Shown here piece after piece: positions 18,968 to 27,921 of a stretch of DNA of 64,000 nucleotides. Location: NCBI GenBank assembly GCA_963727625.1, contig CAVSHR010000005.1, positions 672,001 through 736,000 on the forward strand, given 5' to 3'. Within the stretch, counting starts at the first letter, position 1. Each line of letters opens with the position of its first letter. The notes under the pieces were generated by a model, which had not been told where the DNA came from, did no database searches, and worked only from the letters and a program-made list of their open reading frames with translations. The translations under genes were made by a program, and so were the position numbers. This DNA comes from an uncultured delta proteobacterium (lineage in GTDB: Bacteria > Desulfobacterota > Binatia > UBA9968).

Positions 18968-19201
18968 CTACGGATTGGCGGCCAGATCACGCACATGAGC
19001 AATTTCTTTTGGCTTGCTGGGACGAACCTGCGTCGCTGTGAGGGTTACGATGGCAATAGTTTCACCGTCCAAGGTCGTGAACTCGACCTCGTAACCTTTG
19101 CCTTTTTCATGGACCAGTACGACGGTGCCGATATCGCCTTGTGCCAGTCCCTGTTCCGGCAAATCACATGTAAGAATCACGTCTTCGAGTTCCTGAATCA
19201 T
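18968..19201 (-). CDS. DUF4926-like small protein
   Basis: ELEDVILTCDLPEQGLAQGDIGTVV...YEVEFTTLDGET. Confidence 0.85.
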   Translation of the reverse strand: MIQELEDVILTCDLPEQGLAQGDIGTVVLVHEKGKGYEVEFTTLDGETIAIVTLTATQVRPSKPKEIAHVRDLAANP

Positions 19202-19265
19202 GAACGCCTCCTTCTCAGAGGATGAGCCGTGACGAACCTCGGTACGTCTCCATCCCTATTAATAC
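19198..19265 (-). pseudogene. Probable 3' remnant of a DUF6883-like toxin gene
   Basis: ...RDGDVPRFVTAHPLRRRRS* resembles the PRxVTAyP ending of DUF6883 proteins and overlaps the DUF4926 start as ATGA. Confidence 0.55.
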
Positions 19266-20169
19266 ACCGGTTTTGCCAGAGTCGAGAACAGGATGTCAAA
19301 TTGTCGATGACAGAATTACCGTGCGGACGGTTACAGATTACGAAATCTATTCGAGTCGGACCAAGCCATGCCCTTGCTTCGTCAACAGTTTCATCCCAGA
19401 GAAAGGTGTTTTGATGCCTTAGAGCCTCATTTGCAGCGGCAAATTTAAGTCCGTAAGCTTCCGGTGACTCGTGCAGTGCATAACTGCCATTCTTCTCTAT
19501 CACATCGCGATGTGCGGCTTTTGCACCAAGCTGATTCTTGACGCTCTCGACGAATGCCAGGCTTCCAACCGCAATCGCTTCCGTCCAGCATTCTTCGCGG
19601 GCCGCCAAGCCGTTCCCCAGACCTTGCTCGGCCCACTGGCGCTGTGTTGATTGAAAATCTCGGCGATCCGCAAACCCGCTCAACTCGCTCAAACTCTGTA
19701 AATCGATTATGCCGTAACGCTTGGGCGGTTTTTGGATCTCAGAATAACCGCTCTCCTTCCACTGTCCTGGATGATTCATCACCCCGGCACGAACCATGTT
19801 GAGATCGATATAGATCAGACAGCGATGCAGGTGTTCATCGGATTCAATCGCGGTGGCGTGGTAGCGATCCTCCCAGAACGCGCCCCGCTTACCTTTGCGC
19901 TGGTTATATTCCTGGGCAGTGCGGCCGGCGATGAGCTGCATGCTTTCTGCGATGACGTTCGCGCCGGTGTCTTTGACCAAAAGATGGATGTGGTTGGAGG
20001 TAACCATATAATCAAGAACGGAAAGGCCGTAACGCTTCTTGGCTTCGTGCAGCCAATGCAAATAGCGCCGTCGATCGCGCGCAAACTTGAGTAGAAATTT
20101 GCTTTGATGGCATCGGTGAGTGATGTGCCAGATGTGGCCAGGCAGGAAATAACGATTCGCTCGCGGCAT
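19198..20169 (-). CDS. REP-associated tyrosine transposase (RAYT, Y1 HUH family)
   Basis: WHITHRCH, MVTSNHIHLLV (HUH), FWEDRYH, IYIDLNMVRAG (catalytic Tyr) and WKESGY. The last ~50 codons read through beyond the element end. Confidence 0.9.
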   Translation of the reverse strand: MPRANRYFLPGHIWHITHRCHQSKFLLKFARDRRRYLHWLHEAKKRYGLSVLDYMVTSNHIHLLVKDTGANVIAESMQLIAGRTAQEYNQRKGKRGAFWEDRYHATAIESDEHLHRCLIYIDLNMVRAGVMNHPGQWKESGYSEIQKPPKRYGIIDLQSLSELSGFADRRDFQSTQRQWAEQGLGNGLAAREECWTEAIAVGSLAFVESVKNQLGAKAAHRDVIEKNGSYALHESPEAYGLKFAAANEALRHQNTFLWDETVDEARAWLGPTRIDFVICNRPHGNSVIDNLTSCSRLWQNRCINRDGDVPRFVTAHPLRRRRS

Positions 20170-20279
20170 CACTATTTCTTAGAGGTGGCCTTTCGACATC
20201 AAAAAGCCGCCTCTAAGCCTTTAAAAGATGCCTTGTATGCTACCTTCCGTTGGGAAATCAACCATTTCTCTTGGTCCGA
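19356..20279. mobile_element. RAYT element bounded by 10-bp inverted motifs
   Basis: TCGGACCAAG (19356-19365) and CTTGGTCCGA (20270-20279) are exact reverse complements bracketing the gene. Confidence 0.65.
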
Positions 20280-20294
20280 TTGCCGTACTAAACT

Positions 20295-20329
20295 AAAAAG
20301 GGCGGCCGCTCATCACGGCCGCCCTTTTT
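20295..20329. terminator. Bidirectional intrinsic terminator
   Basis: AAAAAGGGCGGCCG-CTCATCA-CGGCCGCCCTTTTT downstream of the secreted-protein gene. Confidence 0.85.
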
Positions 20330-20369
20330 AGTTGTTTTCGGCAGCGAGGCTTTTAATAAGACACAGTCT

Positions 20370-22289
20370 TTACCACTTGCCGGCCACGGGAAGATCACCT
20401 GGCTGCCCAAAGCCTGTGATGTATTTATCAACATCGGCGCCATCCCATTGGCCGTTGCCGTTGAAGTCCAAGAACCATTCTCCGGTGGCAGCTCTTAGCA
20501 CGCCGATCTTCGCCGTGCCGTTGCCGTTCCAGTCCCCCACGATCGGCAGATCACCGGGTGAGCCGAACGGACCATAGCACCGGTCGATCGTACAACTATC
20601 GGCCTTTCCGTTGCCGTTGGCGTCCAGCATCCACATACCGGTCTGCGGGGTGAATACACCGATCTGCGCAATCCCCGCGCCATTCCAGTCGCCCACAACG
20701 GGAACATCGCCCGCTTGGCCAAAGGGGCCCAAACAGCGATCCCGGTGGCAACCATCCCATTTGTCGTTACCATTACGATCGAAGTACCAGTAACCCGCTG
20801 TTGTCGTGGTGGTCGTCCTATGTTTTCTCTTCCCCTTGGTCTTGGTGGAGGCGACCAGTGTGTAAACCCCGGGAGAAGTTTTCGGCGCGCCGTCCCAACT
20901 GCCGACTAACGGGGTTTCACGGTTACTCATGTTGTTATTCAAAGCAAAGTTAAAGCAAGTCTCTTGCGAGCATCCTTGCCCAGTCAAATCTCCGTTGGTG
21001 TCGAGCTCCCAACTCTTCTGCGTCGTGTCATAGAGGCCGGGGCTGAGTTGACCCGTACCATTCCAATCCCCAACGAGGGGCAGGTCAGTGTCGGCGCCGA
21101 ATGGTCCGCCGCAAACATCGGTTGTGCACCCCTGCCACAGACCGGTGGGGTTCGTGATCAGATACCAAGCTCCCGTAGCCGGGCGATAGATGCCAACGTT
21201 GGCGACGAGTTTTTTGGTGAAACTCGCCGAGCACGACTTGTTGCCGTTAAGCGTCACCGAACCGTCGAGACAATCCGCATCGCCGCTCCAACCCGAAAAA
21301 TCGGTATCAGTGGCGGGTGTTGCTGTAAGAGCGACGACCGTTCCTTCGGTGAACTCGGCCACGCACTTCGTACCGCAATCGATTCCTGAAGCATGGCTTG
21401 TGATCTGGCCGGTGCCGGTTCCCGTGCGCACGACAGTCAAAGAATAAGTGATTAGTTTGAATGACGCCGTGCAGGTTTTATTGGCACTCATCGTCACCGA
21501 CCCATCCACGCAATCGCTATCCCCAGACCAGCCGACGAAGGTGGATCCGGAAGCCGGTGTCGCCTGCAGAGTAACCGCAACTCCGGTCTGAAATGTCACC
21601 GAGCACGCGCTACCACAGTCGATCCCCGCTGGCGAGCTGACGATTTTACCGTTGCCGCTGCCGGCGCTGGTGACGACGCTCACTGAATTTGTCGTTAACA
21701 AGTAGCCGGTAGAATTGGCAGTGAAAGTTGCGGCGCACGACTTGTTGGCGTTCATCGTGAGCGAACCGTCCAGGCAGTCGCTGTCACCGCTCCAGCCCGC
21801 AAATGAATAATCCCTTGCCGGCACCGCCTGTAAGCTGACCGTCGTGCCGCTCGAGAAATTCGCCACGCATTCCGTGCCGCAACTTATTCCCGACGGGCTG
21901 CTGCTCACCGTGCCGCCGACCTGCGATACGAGAGTCACGCTGTAGGTCGTCACCGGAGGCGGCGGAGTGGTGGCGCAGACCTCGGAGGTGTAAGCCGAGG
22001 TACCGGTGTCGTTAAAGGCATCTACGCGATAGCAATACGTGGTGCTATCGGCAAGGCCGGCGTCACTGTACGAGATCGAATTAACCGGGGCACTGGCAAT
22101 CGCGATAAAAGCCCCGTTGACACCGATCTTACGCTCAATGTTGAATCCGGTTTCGTCATTTGAATTATCCGCCCACGATAATTGCGTCACAGCGGCATTT
22201 GCTTGGTCCTCGGGAATCGCCAGCGCGACCAGCGATGACAGCATGATGAGCGAAAAAACGAGAAGAGCTTTAGAAAAATTGTAACGCAC
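20370..22289 (-). CDS. Secreted repeat protein: signal peptide, FnIII domain, three Cys-containing InlB-B-like repeats, C-terminal GDWNGxG repeats
   Basis: LSWADNSNDETGFNIER...YCYRVDAFN; 3x (SSPxGIxCGxxC...FxGWSGDxDC); 4-5x PxVGDWNGxG. Likely GTG start at 22289 behind GGGAGG. Confidence 0.85.
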   Translation of the reverse strand: MRYNFSKALLVFSLIMLSSLVALAIPEDQANAAVTQLSWADNSNDETGFNIERKIGVNGAFIAIASAPVNSISYSDAGLADSTTYCYRVDAFNDTGTSAYTSEVCATTPPPPVTTYSVTLVSQVGGTVSSSPSGISCGTECVANFSSGTTVSLQAVPARDYSFAGWSGDSDCLDGSLTMNANKSCAATFTANSTGYLLTTNSVSVVTSAGSGNGKIVSSPAGIDCGSACSVTFQTGVAVTLQATPASGSTFVGWSGDSDCVDGSVTMSANKTCTASFKLITYSLTVVRTGTGTGQITSHASGIDCGTKCVAEFTEGTVVALTATPATDTDFSGWSGDADCLDGSVTLNGNKSCSASFTKKLVANVGIYRPATGAWYLITNPTGLWQGCTTDVCGGPFGADTDLPLVGDWNGTGQLSPGLYDTTQKSWELDTNGDLTGQGCSQETCFNFALNNNMSNRETPLVGSWDGAPKTSPGVYTLVASTKTKGKRKHRTTTTTTAGYWYFDRNGNDKWDGCHRDRCLGPFGQAGDVPVVGDWNGAGIAQIGVFTPQTGMWMLDANGNGKADSCTIDRCYGPFGSPGDLPIVGDWNGNGTAKIGVLRAATGEWFLDFNGNGQWDGADVDKYITGFGQPGDLPVAGKW

Positions 22290-22354
22290 GGTGTCCTCCC
22301 AGCTGGGTCTGCGCAATCCGAAATTGCACGAGCTGAGTGGAGCACTGTGCGTCC

Positions 22355-22449
22355 TTTCGGCGGCTCTGCTACCATGTCCTGTCCTTGGGCGACAGGAGTT
22401 AGGTCAGAAGCTTTGCGTCCCAACCTTTCGGTTGGTTTGCCTTTATCGT
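22355..22449 (-). ncRNA. Cyclic di-GMP-I (GEMM) riboswitch
   Basis: Minus strand AAAGGCAAACCAACC-GAAA-GGTTGGGACGCAAAGCTTCTGACCTAA...ATGGTAGCAGAGCCGCCGA shows the GGCAAAC / GNRA loop / GACGCAAAGC / CTAA..ATGG receptor pattern, about 65 nt upstream of the gene. Confidence 0.9.
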
Positions 22450-22759
22450 AGACCTATTAAAAAACCTTTTATAAACTCATAAACTTACCTAAGTATTATT
22501 AACGCAGGATGCGTGCCACGCGATTGAGCAGAAGAATCATCAATAGATTCACGTCAAAAGCCCATTTTCCAAGATTAAGCGACTGATTTGCCTAGGCTCG
22601 ATTACACTCAATGCGCACCGACCCATTATATCCGCCGCTGCAAAAGGAGTTTTGCCGCGACCGGTACGCGGTTTTACTGGGTTCCATTCCCTCGAATATC
22701 GTCGCGGTGGGTGTTCGGCTGACAATCGGAAATAATAGATTCCTTCGGTCCGACCCAGC

Positions 22760-23666
22760 ATTCAGCGCCAAGAAGCTTCCCCAGGGCAGCAAGATCGCGC
22801 TTGAAGCAACGGGATCATGGTGGTGGTTTGTGGATCTCGCCCAGAAGAGCGGTCATGAAGTCATCATGTCCCATCCCAAGCAGACCAAGGCCATTGCATC
22901 GGCGCGATTGAAGTCGGACAAAGTGGACGCTTTGATGTTAGCGAAGTTGTTGAAGTCGGATTTGCTTCCCACCGTGTGGATTCCACCGGCCAAACAGCGC
23001 TACATTCGAGAGCTTCTCACCCACCGTGCTCCTCTAGTGCGCCAGCGCACTGCGGTGATTAACGAAGTTCACGCGCTTTACTCCAAAAGGAATATGGATC
23101 CCGGAATGACTTTTCACCGAGTCCGTCCGCCGGCCTTTAAGATCGAAGATCTCAGTGGATACGGGCCGCGAATCGTCGAGGAGGACGCAGAGCTTTTGGC
23201 GTTTTTCAACCGTCAGCTCCGGGGATTGGATAGCGAGTTAAAAAAGATTGCCGAAGAGGAGGAGGAATCCAAACGGCTGATGACGATCCCGGGCGTGGGC
23301 CCGCTGAGTGCCGTCGCCGCGAACTGCTGGATTGGCACCATCGACAGATTTTCCAAGGCCAAGAAGCTTTCGAGCTATTTCGGATTGGCACCGAGGGTAC
23401 GACAGAGCGCAGACCGGGAAAGACATGGGCACATCACCAAAGAGGGCAACCGCATGGTGCGATCGCTTATGATCCAGGCGGCTCTCTGGCATGTCCGCAT
23501 CGGCAAGGGCGACGCTCGCAAACATTATCTGGGAGTGCTTAACAGAAGAGGCAAACATATTGCCCGGGTGGCCGCGGCAAACAAACTTCTAGGGATCGTC
23601 TTTCACATGATGAAAGATCGGATCGACTATCAAGAGTTTTTAAAGCGCGGTGGCAACGCGCAGTGA
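22760..23666 (+). mobile_element. IS110-family recombinase, apparently 5'-truncated
   Basis: IALEATG, KSDKVDA, LMTIPGVG, YFGLAPRVRQSA and GHITKEGN are present. The N-terminal GxD strand carrying the first catalytic Asp is absent; the first ~50 codons of ORF 22611 look unrelated. Confidence 0.88.
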
Positions 23667-23966
23667 GCCCGCAAAGGGGACTGGTCCACAACGGACCGAT
23701 AGCCTGATTGGGCAGCTGCGCCTCTCCTGTATGAGGAGACCCGCCGGATCAGAGATCATGCGCTGGAAAAAGCGCGAAGAGATGATTGGGTTGCCACCCA
23801 CAAGTTGATCCACTACGCCAGCGGTGAGGCCAGAACCAGGGGATTGCCGAGTTCACTTCGGACGGAGATCGTGCGTTAAAAGGAAACTATGAAGACCGTT
23901 TTATCGAGTGACCAACCACTAAGATAAGGATCTCTGGGTGCTTGACAGGGCCGTCCCGTTTAGAGA
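23667..23966 (+). ncRNA. IS110/IS1111-type 3' non-coding end, candidate bridge/seek RNA region
   Basis: About 300 bp, ORF-free and rich in short hairpins directly after the recombinase, with an outward TTGACA at 23942-23947 near the presumed right end. Confidence 0.6.
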
Positions 23967-24200
23967 TGTCCCCTTTTCTCCTCGCAAGATTAAAGACTTG
24001 CCCCGATTACATAGCTCTATACCGAGTTGTTGTGAACGAGCGTAGCGAGTGACCGCGATGCTCACTCACTGATAAGTCAAAACTCAGGCCTGACCCTGTG
24101 ACTCGCTCTTCTTCTCAAAGTCTGACTCTCGTCCCGGACTCAGTGTTTCCTTCCTTTTTTCGGTGCCTTCCATCAAATTGGCATCCCCATGCCCAATAAC

Positions 24201-26294
24201 CTACTCGGCCGCTGCCGGCTCCGCCGCTGGTTCTTGGATCTCCGGGACTTCGAAGATGACGGGAATCCCGGACCTAAATGCTTTTCCAACAGCAATGGCC
24301 TGCCTAAATCGCAGAGCTGGAAGTGCAGCGACCATTTCCGCACCCATGTAGTTCAAGAGAAAATCAGAGCTTGTCTTATCGAACTGCTGAAATGCCACAA
24401 TGGTATTACACTGAGTAAGAACAGTCTTCGAAACGTTTGCGGTCCTCTGTGCGACAACAATGAAACCGACGTTGTACTTGCGTCCTTGTAGGGCAATTTG
24501 ACTGATGCTGTTTACCAACGACTGGGCCTTTCGCTCCTCGACTCCGATGAAGTTCCACTCCGGAATCACCGTGTGCGCTTCCTCTAGCACGACGCACACC
24601 TGTTTTCCGAAGTTCGCGTCCTGTCGAGCAATCTGAAAGAGCCCACGAAAGAACCATTTAGTGTATTCCAGTATGCCCGTGGTGTTTGAAACATCCGGGA
24701 GCTCGAATAGCGCAAGAGGCTTCTCCGACTGCATGAACTCCTTCACGGCTTGGTAAAAGCCATCTTTTAAAACCTCCGTCTTGCCTGCGATGAGTTGCTT
24801 GTTCTGCAGATTAGGGAACTTCTCAAGTTCCGTTGAAAGCGTGTCGATCGCAGCAAAGAGCTCGTCCTTCCGAGCAGTTGGAACGATATTCTCTGGCGCC
24901 AAATCCAGACACTTGCTGCGATATTCATTCGTGAAGTCGACGCAGATCACTTTGGTACCATCCGCGATAATCTTGCGAAGCAGATTGCGACAAAAGACAG
25001 ACTTGCCAGATCCGGTGACTCCAAGAATCGCCGTGTGGTGTGTCACCGCTTGCCGTAGATTGAGCAACACAGGATAGTTTGTGCCGGGAATCGCGCCCAC
25101 CTGCTCCTCTCCCGGGGTAGACACGAATGCGGGTGTTGGTGGCGCCAAGAACAGCGGAACATTTATTTCCGGGACCCAGCCAAATTTCTCGAAGACTAAC
25201 CGGTCGGAATCCCAGATTCCTAGCTGGATAGCTTCCCCAACGATTAGTCCCGCCTCATTCTTCTGCTCCAACGTTTCGATCTCTGTAAGGCCTTGGACGA
25301 TCTGGTACAAAACCTGATTTCCCGACACATGCGCTTCAACGAGATTCCCTTCTGAAACGGGAGTCCTACCCGCGTAGTCAAAACGCACCTTCATAATACT
25401 TGAGTGTTCAATGACAACACCGACAAAACGCCCAAGAAACTCCGGGGCGTTCTGCACATCGATTTTGTATACGACGTTTGTAGCGGTGATCATGCTATGG
25501 GGCTTGTCCCCAAGCGCCCGAAGTATTTGTTCTGTGGCGAGGATCTTGATCCACTGCTGCTCGTTGAGAAGGTAGTTGTCGACGATCATTCCTTTGAAAA
25601 TCCGTCGACCATCGGCCATGGAATAGCGGAACTCGGCAAGATCAAAACGTCGAACGGGAATGTGCTCCGTATAGAGCTTCGCCAAGAAGGTGTTTCGTGA
25701 TTGAACGCCGATTATTTCGCCAATGTCGAGGCCAGTTACGCGTCTCGATCGCCAGGCTGAAAGCACAAAACCTTTCGGGTCGACGAGCAGAATTACGGAC
25801 GCGTAGCCCGCGAGGACGACGAACTGATAAGATTGACTGTCGACGTAGAAGAAGAGCGTTAGCAAAAACAGCCCAAAGAACAAAAACCGTCCGTTACCAA
25901 AAGACACAGAAAACCTCTTTAAAACCGATGACAGGCGGTTCTGCAGCACCATCGAAGATTTATGGGCATCCAGCAGCAGGAGCGCGGTTAGAGATGTGAG
26001 AAGCAGAAAAAGATTGTACCCGAAAAAGATCCAGTACCACAGTCCGAGATTCGAAAGCTGGGACTGTAGCGGCGCCATCAGAAGCAGGATAGCAATCGTA
26101 GAGGCAAGGACATCGGTCGGTGTGGTGAAAAAGTGCTCAAGAAAAAGCGTCACGAACGACAGCATCAGCAGTGCAGTCAGGAGAACTATGGATTGCTCTG
26201 ACGAGGGGAAAACTCTACCAGTACTGACATAGAAGATGAGGAAGAGAAGGGCCGATGCGATGATGAACAGGATGATCCGCTGGGTCTTACTCAC
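24201..26294 (-). CDS. Multi-TM protein fused to a HerA/DUF87-like ATPase
   Basis: Residues ~1-175 form about 6 hydrophobic helices, followed by beta-rich barrel-like segments, Walker A ILGVTGSGKS, Walker B VVLEEAH, QGRKYNVGFIVVAQR and VLTQCNT. Confidence 0.88.
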   Translation of the reverse strand: MSKTQRIILFIIASALLFLIFYVSTGRVFPSSEQSIVLLTALLMLSFVTLFLEHFFTTPTDVLASTIAILLLMAPLQSQLSNLGLWYWIFFGYNLFLLLTSLTALLLLDAHKSSMVLQNRLSSVLKRFSVSFGNGRFLFFGLFLLTLFFYVDSQSYQFVVLAGYASVILLVDPKGFVLSAWRSRRVTGLDIGEIIGVQSRNTFLAKLYTEHIPVRRFDLAEFRYSMADGRRIFKGMIVDNYLLNEQQWIKILATEQILRALGDKPHSMITATNVVYKIDVQNAPEFLGRFVGVVIEHSSIMKVRFDYAGRTPVSEGNLVEAHVSGNQVLYQIVQGLTEIETLEQKNEAGLIVGEAIQLGIWDSDRLVFEKFGWVPEINVPLFLAPPTPAFVSTPGEEQVGAIPGTNYPVLLNLRQAVTHHTAILGVTGSGKSVFCRNLLRKIIADGTKVICVDFTNEYRSKCLDLAPENIVPTARKDELFAAIDTLSTELEKFPNLQNKQLIAGKTEVLKDGFYQAVKEFMQSEKPLALFELPDVSNTTGILEYTKWFFRGLFQIARQDANFGKQVCVVLEEAHTVIPEWNFIGVEERKAQSLVNSISQIALQGRKYNVGFIVVAQRTANVSKTVLTQCNTIVAFQQFDKTSSDFLLNYMGAEMVAALPALRFRQAIAVGKAFRSGIPVIFEVPEIQEPAAEPAAAE

Positions 26295-27921
26295 GTCGCG
26301 CCCCTTCTTTCAAGTCCCCTATAAGATCTTTATGACAGTGGAAATTGGGCGTTGTATTTTCCAAGAGTGGGTCATTAATTAATTGTTGACCGGTGAGTTC
26401 GTCGACGACGGCTTCCATAAGTTTCCCGGCGGCGGTGTGGGCGGTGGCGAGCTGCGTTTCCAACGCATCCACCAAGGCCATCAGTTCGTCTACTTTCGCC
26501 ACAATTCGGCGTTGTTCAGCGAGGGGGGGTATTGGAATAGGATATTCGCTCAAGGAGCGCCCGGTAAGATGTTTAATCGTCGCACCCGTAAAATAGCTCG
26601 CGAGCACATCGTTCTGGCAGTCAACTTGTAGGTGTAGGGCCAAGAATTCTGTGAGAATCGCCGCACAGGGTCGAACACGATGGAGTGCTTTTTGAAAATA
26701 CATCTCAGGAACCTGATCATTCCAAATGGCGCAACGTCCCGGCTCGCCGCCTTCGCAAATCAGGAGGTCGCCGTTGCTCAAGCGAAGGTCGTTTTTCTCC
26801 CGCTCCTCAACACGCATCTCTTTTACGTCATCCAGTTCGAACCGCATCCACTGAACATTAGTGTTTCGAAGGTAAGGCTTCAGCTCTCCTCGATTTTTCT
26901 CGGCGTCCAGCATCTTCCCTAGTCGTTGCTCACCGACACCGGCAAATCGTAACCATGACCACGAGTCGGGCACCGCGTACCGTTGTTCCTTTTCGGAGAC
27001 CGCCCACCGCTCCAGATCGACGCCTGAGGCATCAAGCGTAATACCGGCCGGCTCATCATTGGGATCTTGCGGGACGAGTTTGCCTTGGACGGCGAGGGTG
27101 AGGATGGTTTTGCGGAGGTCGGCGGGGGCGATGTCGTAGGATTTGTGGAATATGAAATTGAGGTTGGCCGGGGTGGGCGCGTCGGCGAAGCGGGCCAGCG
27201 ACGCGCGGGCGAGCGCGGCGTGCCGCGTCTCCCGTTCCTGCTGCTGCGCCTCCAGCCGGTCACACAACGCCATCAACTCATCCACCTTCGCCACGATCCG
27301 CTTCTGCTCGGCGAGGGGCGGGAGGGAATGAGGATAGATTGCTTCTTTCAATGTTTCCGTATTGACCGCTGCTTGATTGATCCACCGTGTGCAGATTTTC
27401 GCAAAATATCCGCTATTCCGAAGAAGCGTTAAAGTAAAAAACAACGAACCCCGGATAGATGCCTTCCTTGAGCCGAAGCCGAGTGATGTGATTGCTGAAC
27501 GCGTAGTCATAATCACGATCCACCAGACTTGTCTTGCCGACCAGCTCCTGGCTGTTGGTGTTATTCAGAGAATATCACCTCGGCGGATCGACGATTATTG
27601 GGGATCGACCATTTTAGGATTAATACGCACGAGTAGATCAAGGTTCGGAGTTCCCAGCGTCGAAATATTGTCGCGTACGGAGATGAACATGTCCGTTCTC
27701 CATCTGGTGATTCCTTAACAGGCAAATCCAGGCGTGATCAACGAGCATATTGATACAATAGTTCGCGTCTCCCACTCCGAGGGAGTACCGTTATCGTTCG
27801 GATTCTTGCCCGACAGGCCGCCGGAGAATGCGAGGCGAAGCACCAACTCCCGCATCTTCGCCACCGCATCGGGCGCGTCGGCGAAGAGGTCGAATTTTTC
27901 GAAGAAGGTTTCCAGATTCAT
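26287..27921 (-). pseudogene. hsdS: Type I R-M specificity subunit with a disrupted first TRD
   Basis: Two PPLAEQxRIVAKVDELMAL repeats and AVQGKLVPQDPNDEPA. Several frameshifts and an in-frame TAA between ~27330 and 27720. Confidence 0.88.

Noticed and set aside
20450-21950. Internal repeats of the secreted protein as a DGR template/variable pair
   Set aside because: They are in-frame protein domain repeats without adenine-specific differences, and there is no reverse transcriptase in the window.
22611-22760. ATG 22611 as the true IS110 start
   Set aside because: The first ~50 codons lack the conserved GxD strand and span a repeat-motif junction, so this looks like a chance in-frame extension.
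24030-24075. GAGCGTAGCGAG segment as an attC site
   Set aside because: It resembles the middle of some attC-like hairpins, but I could not find matching R and L boxes.
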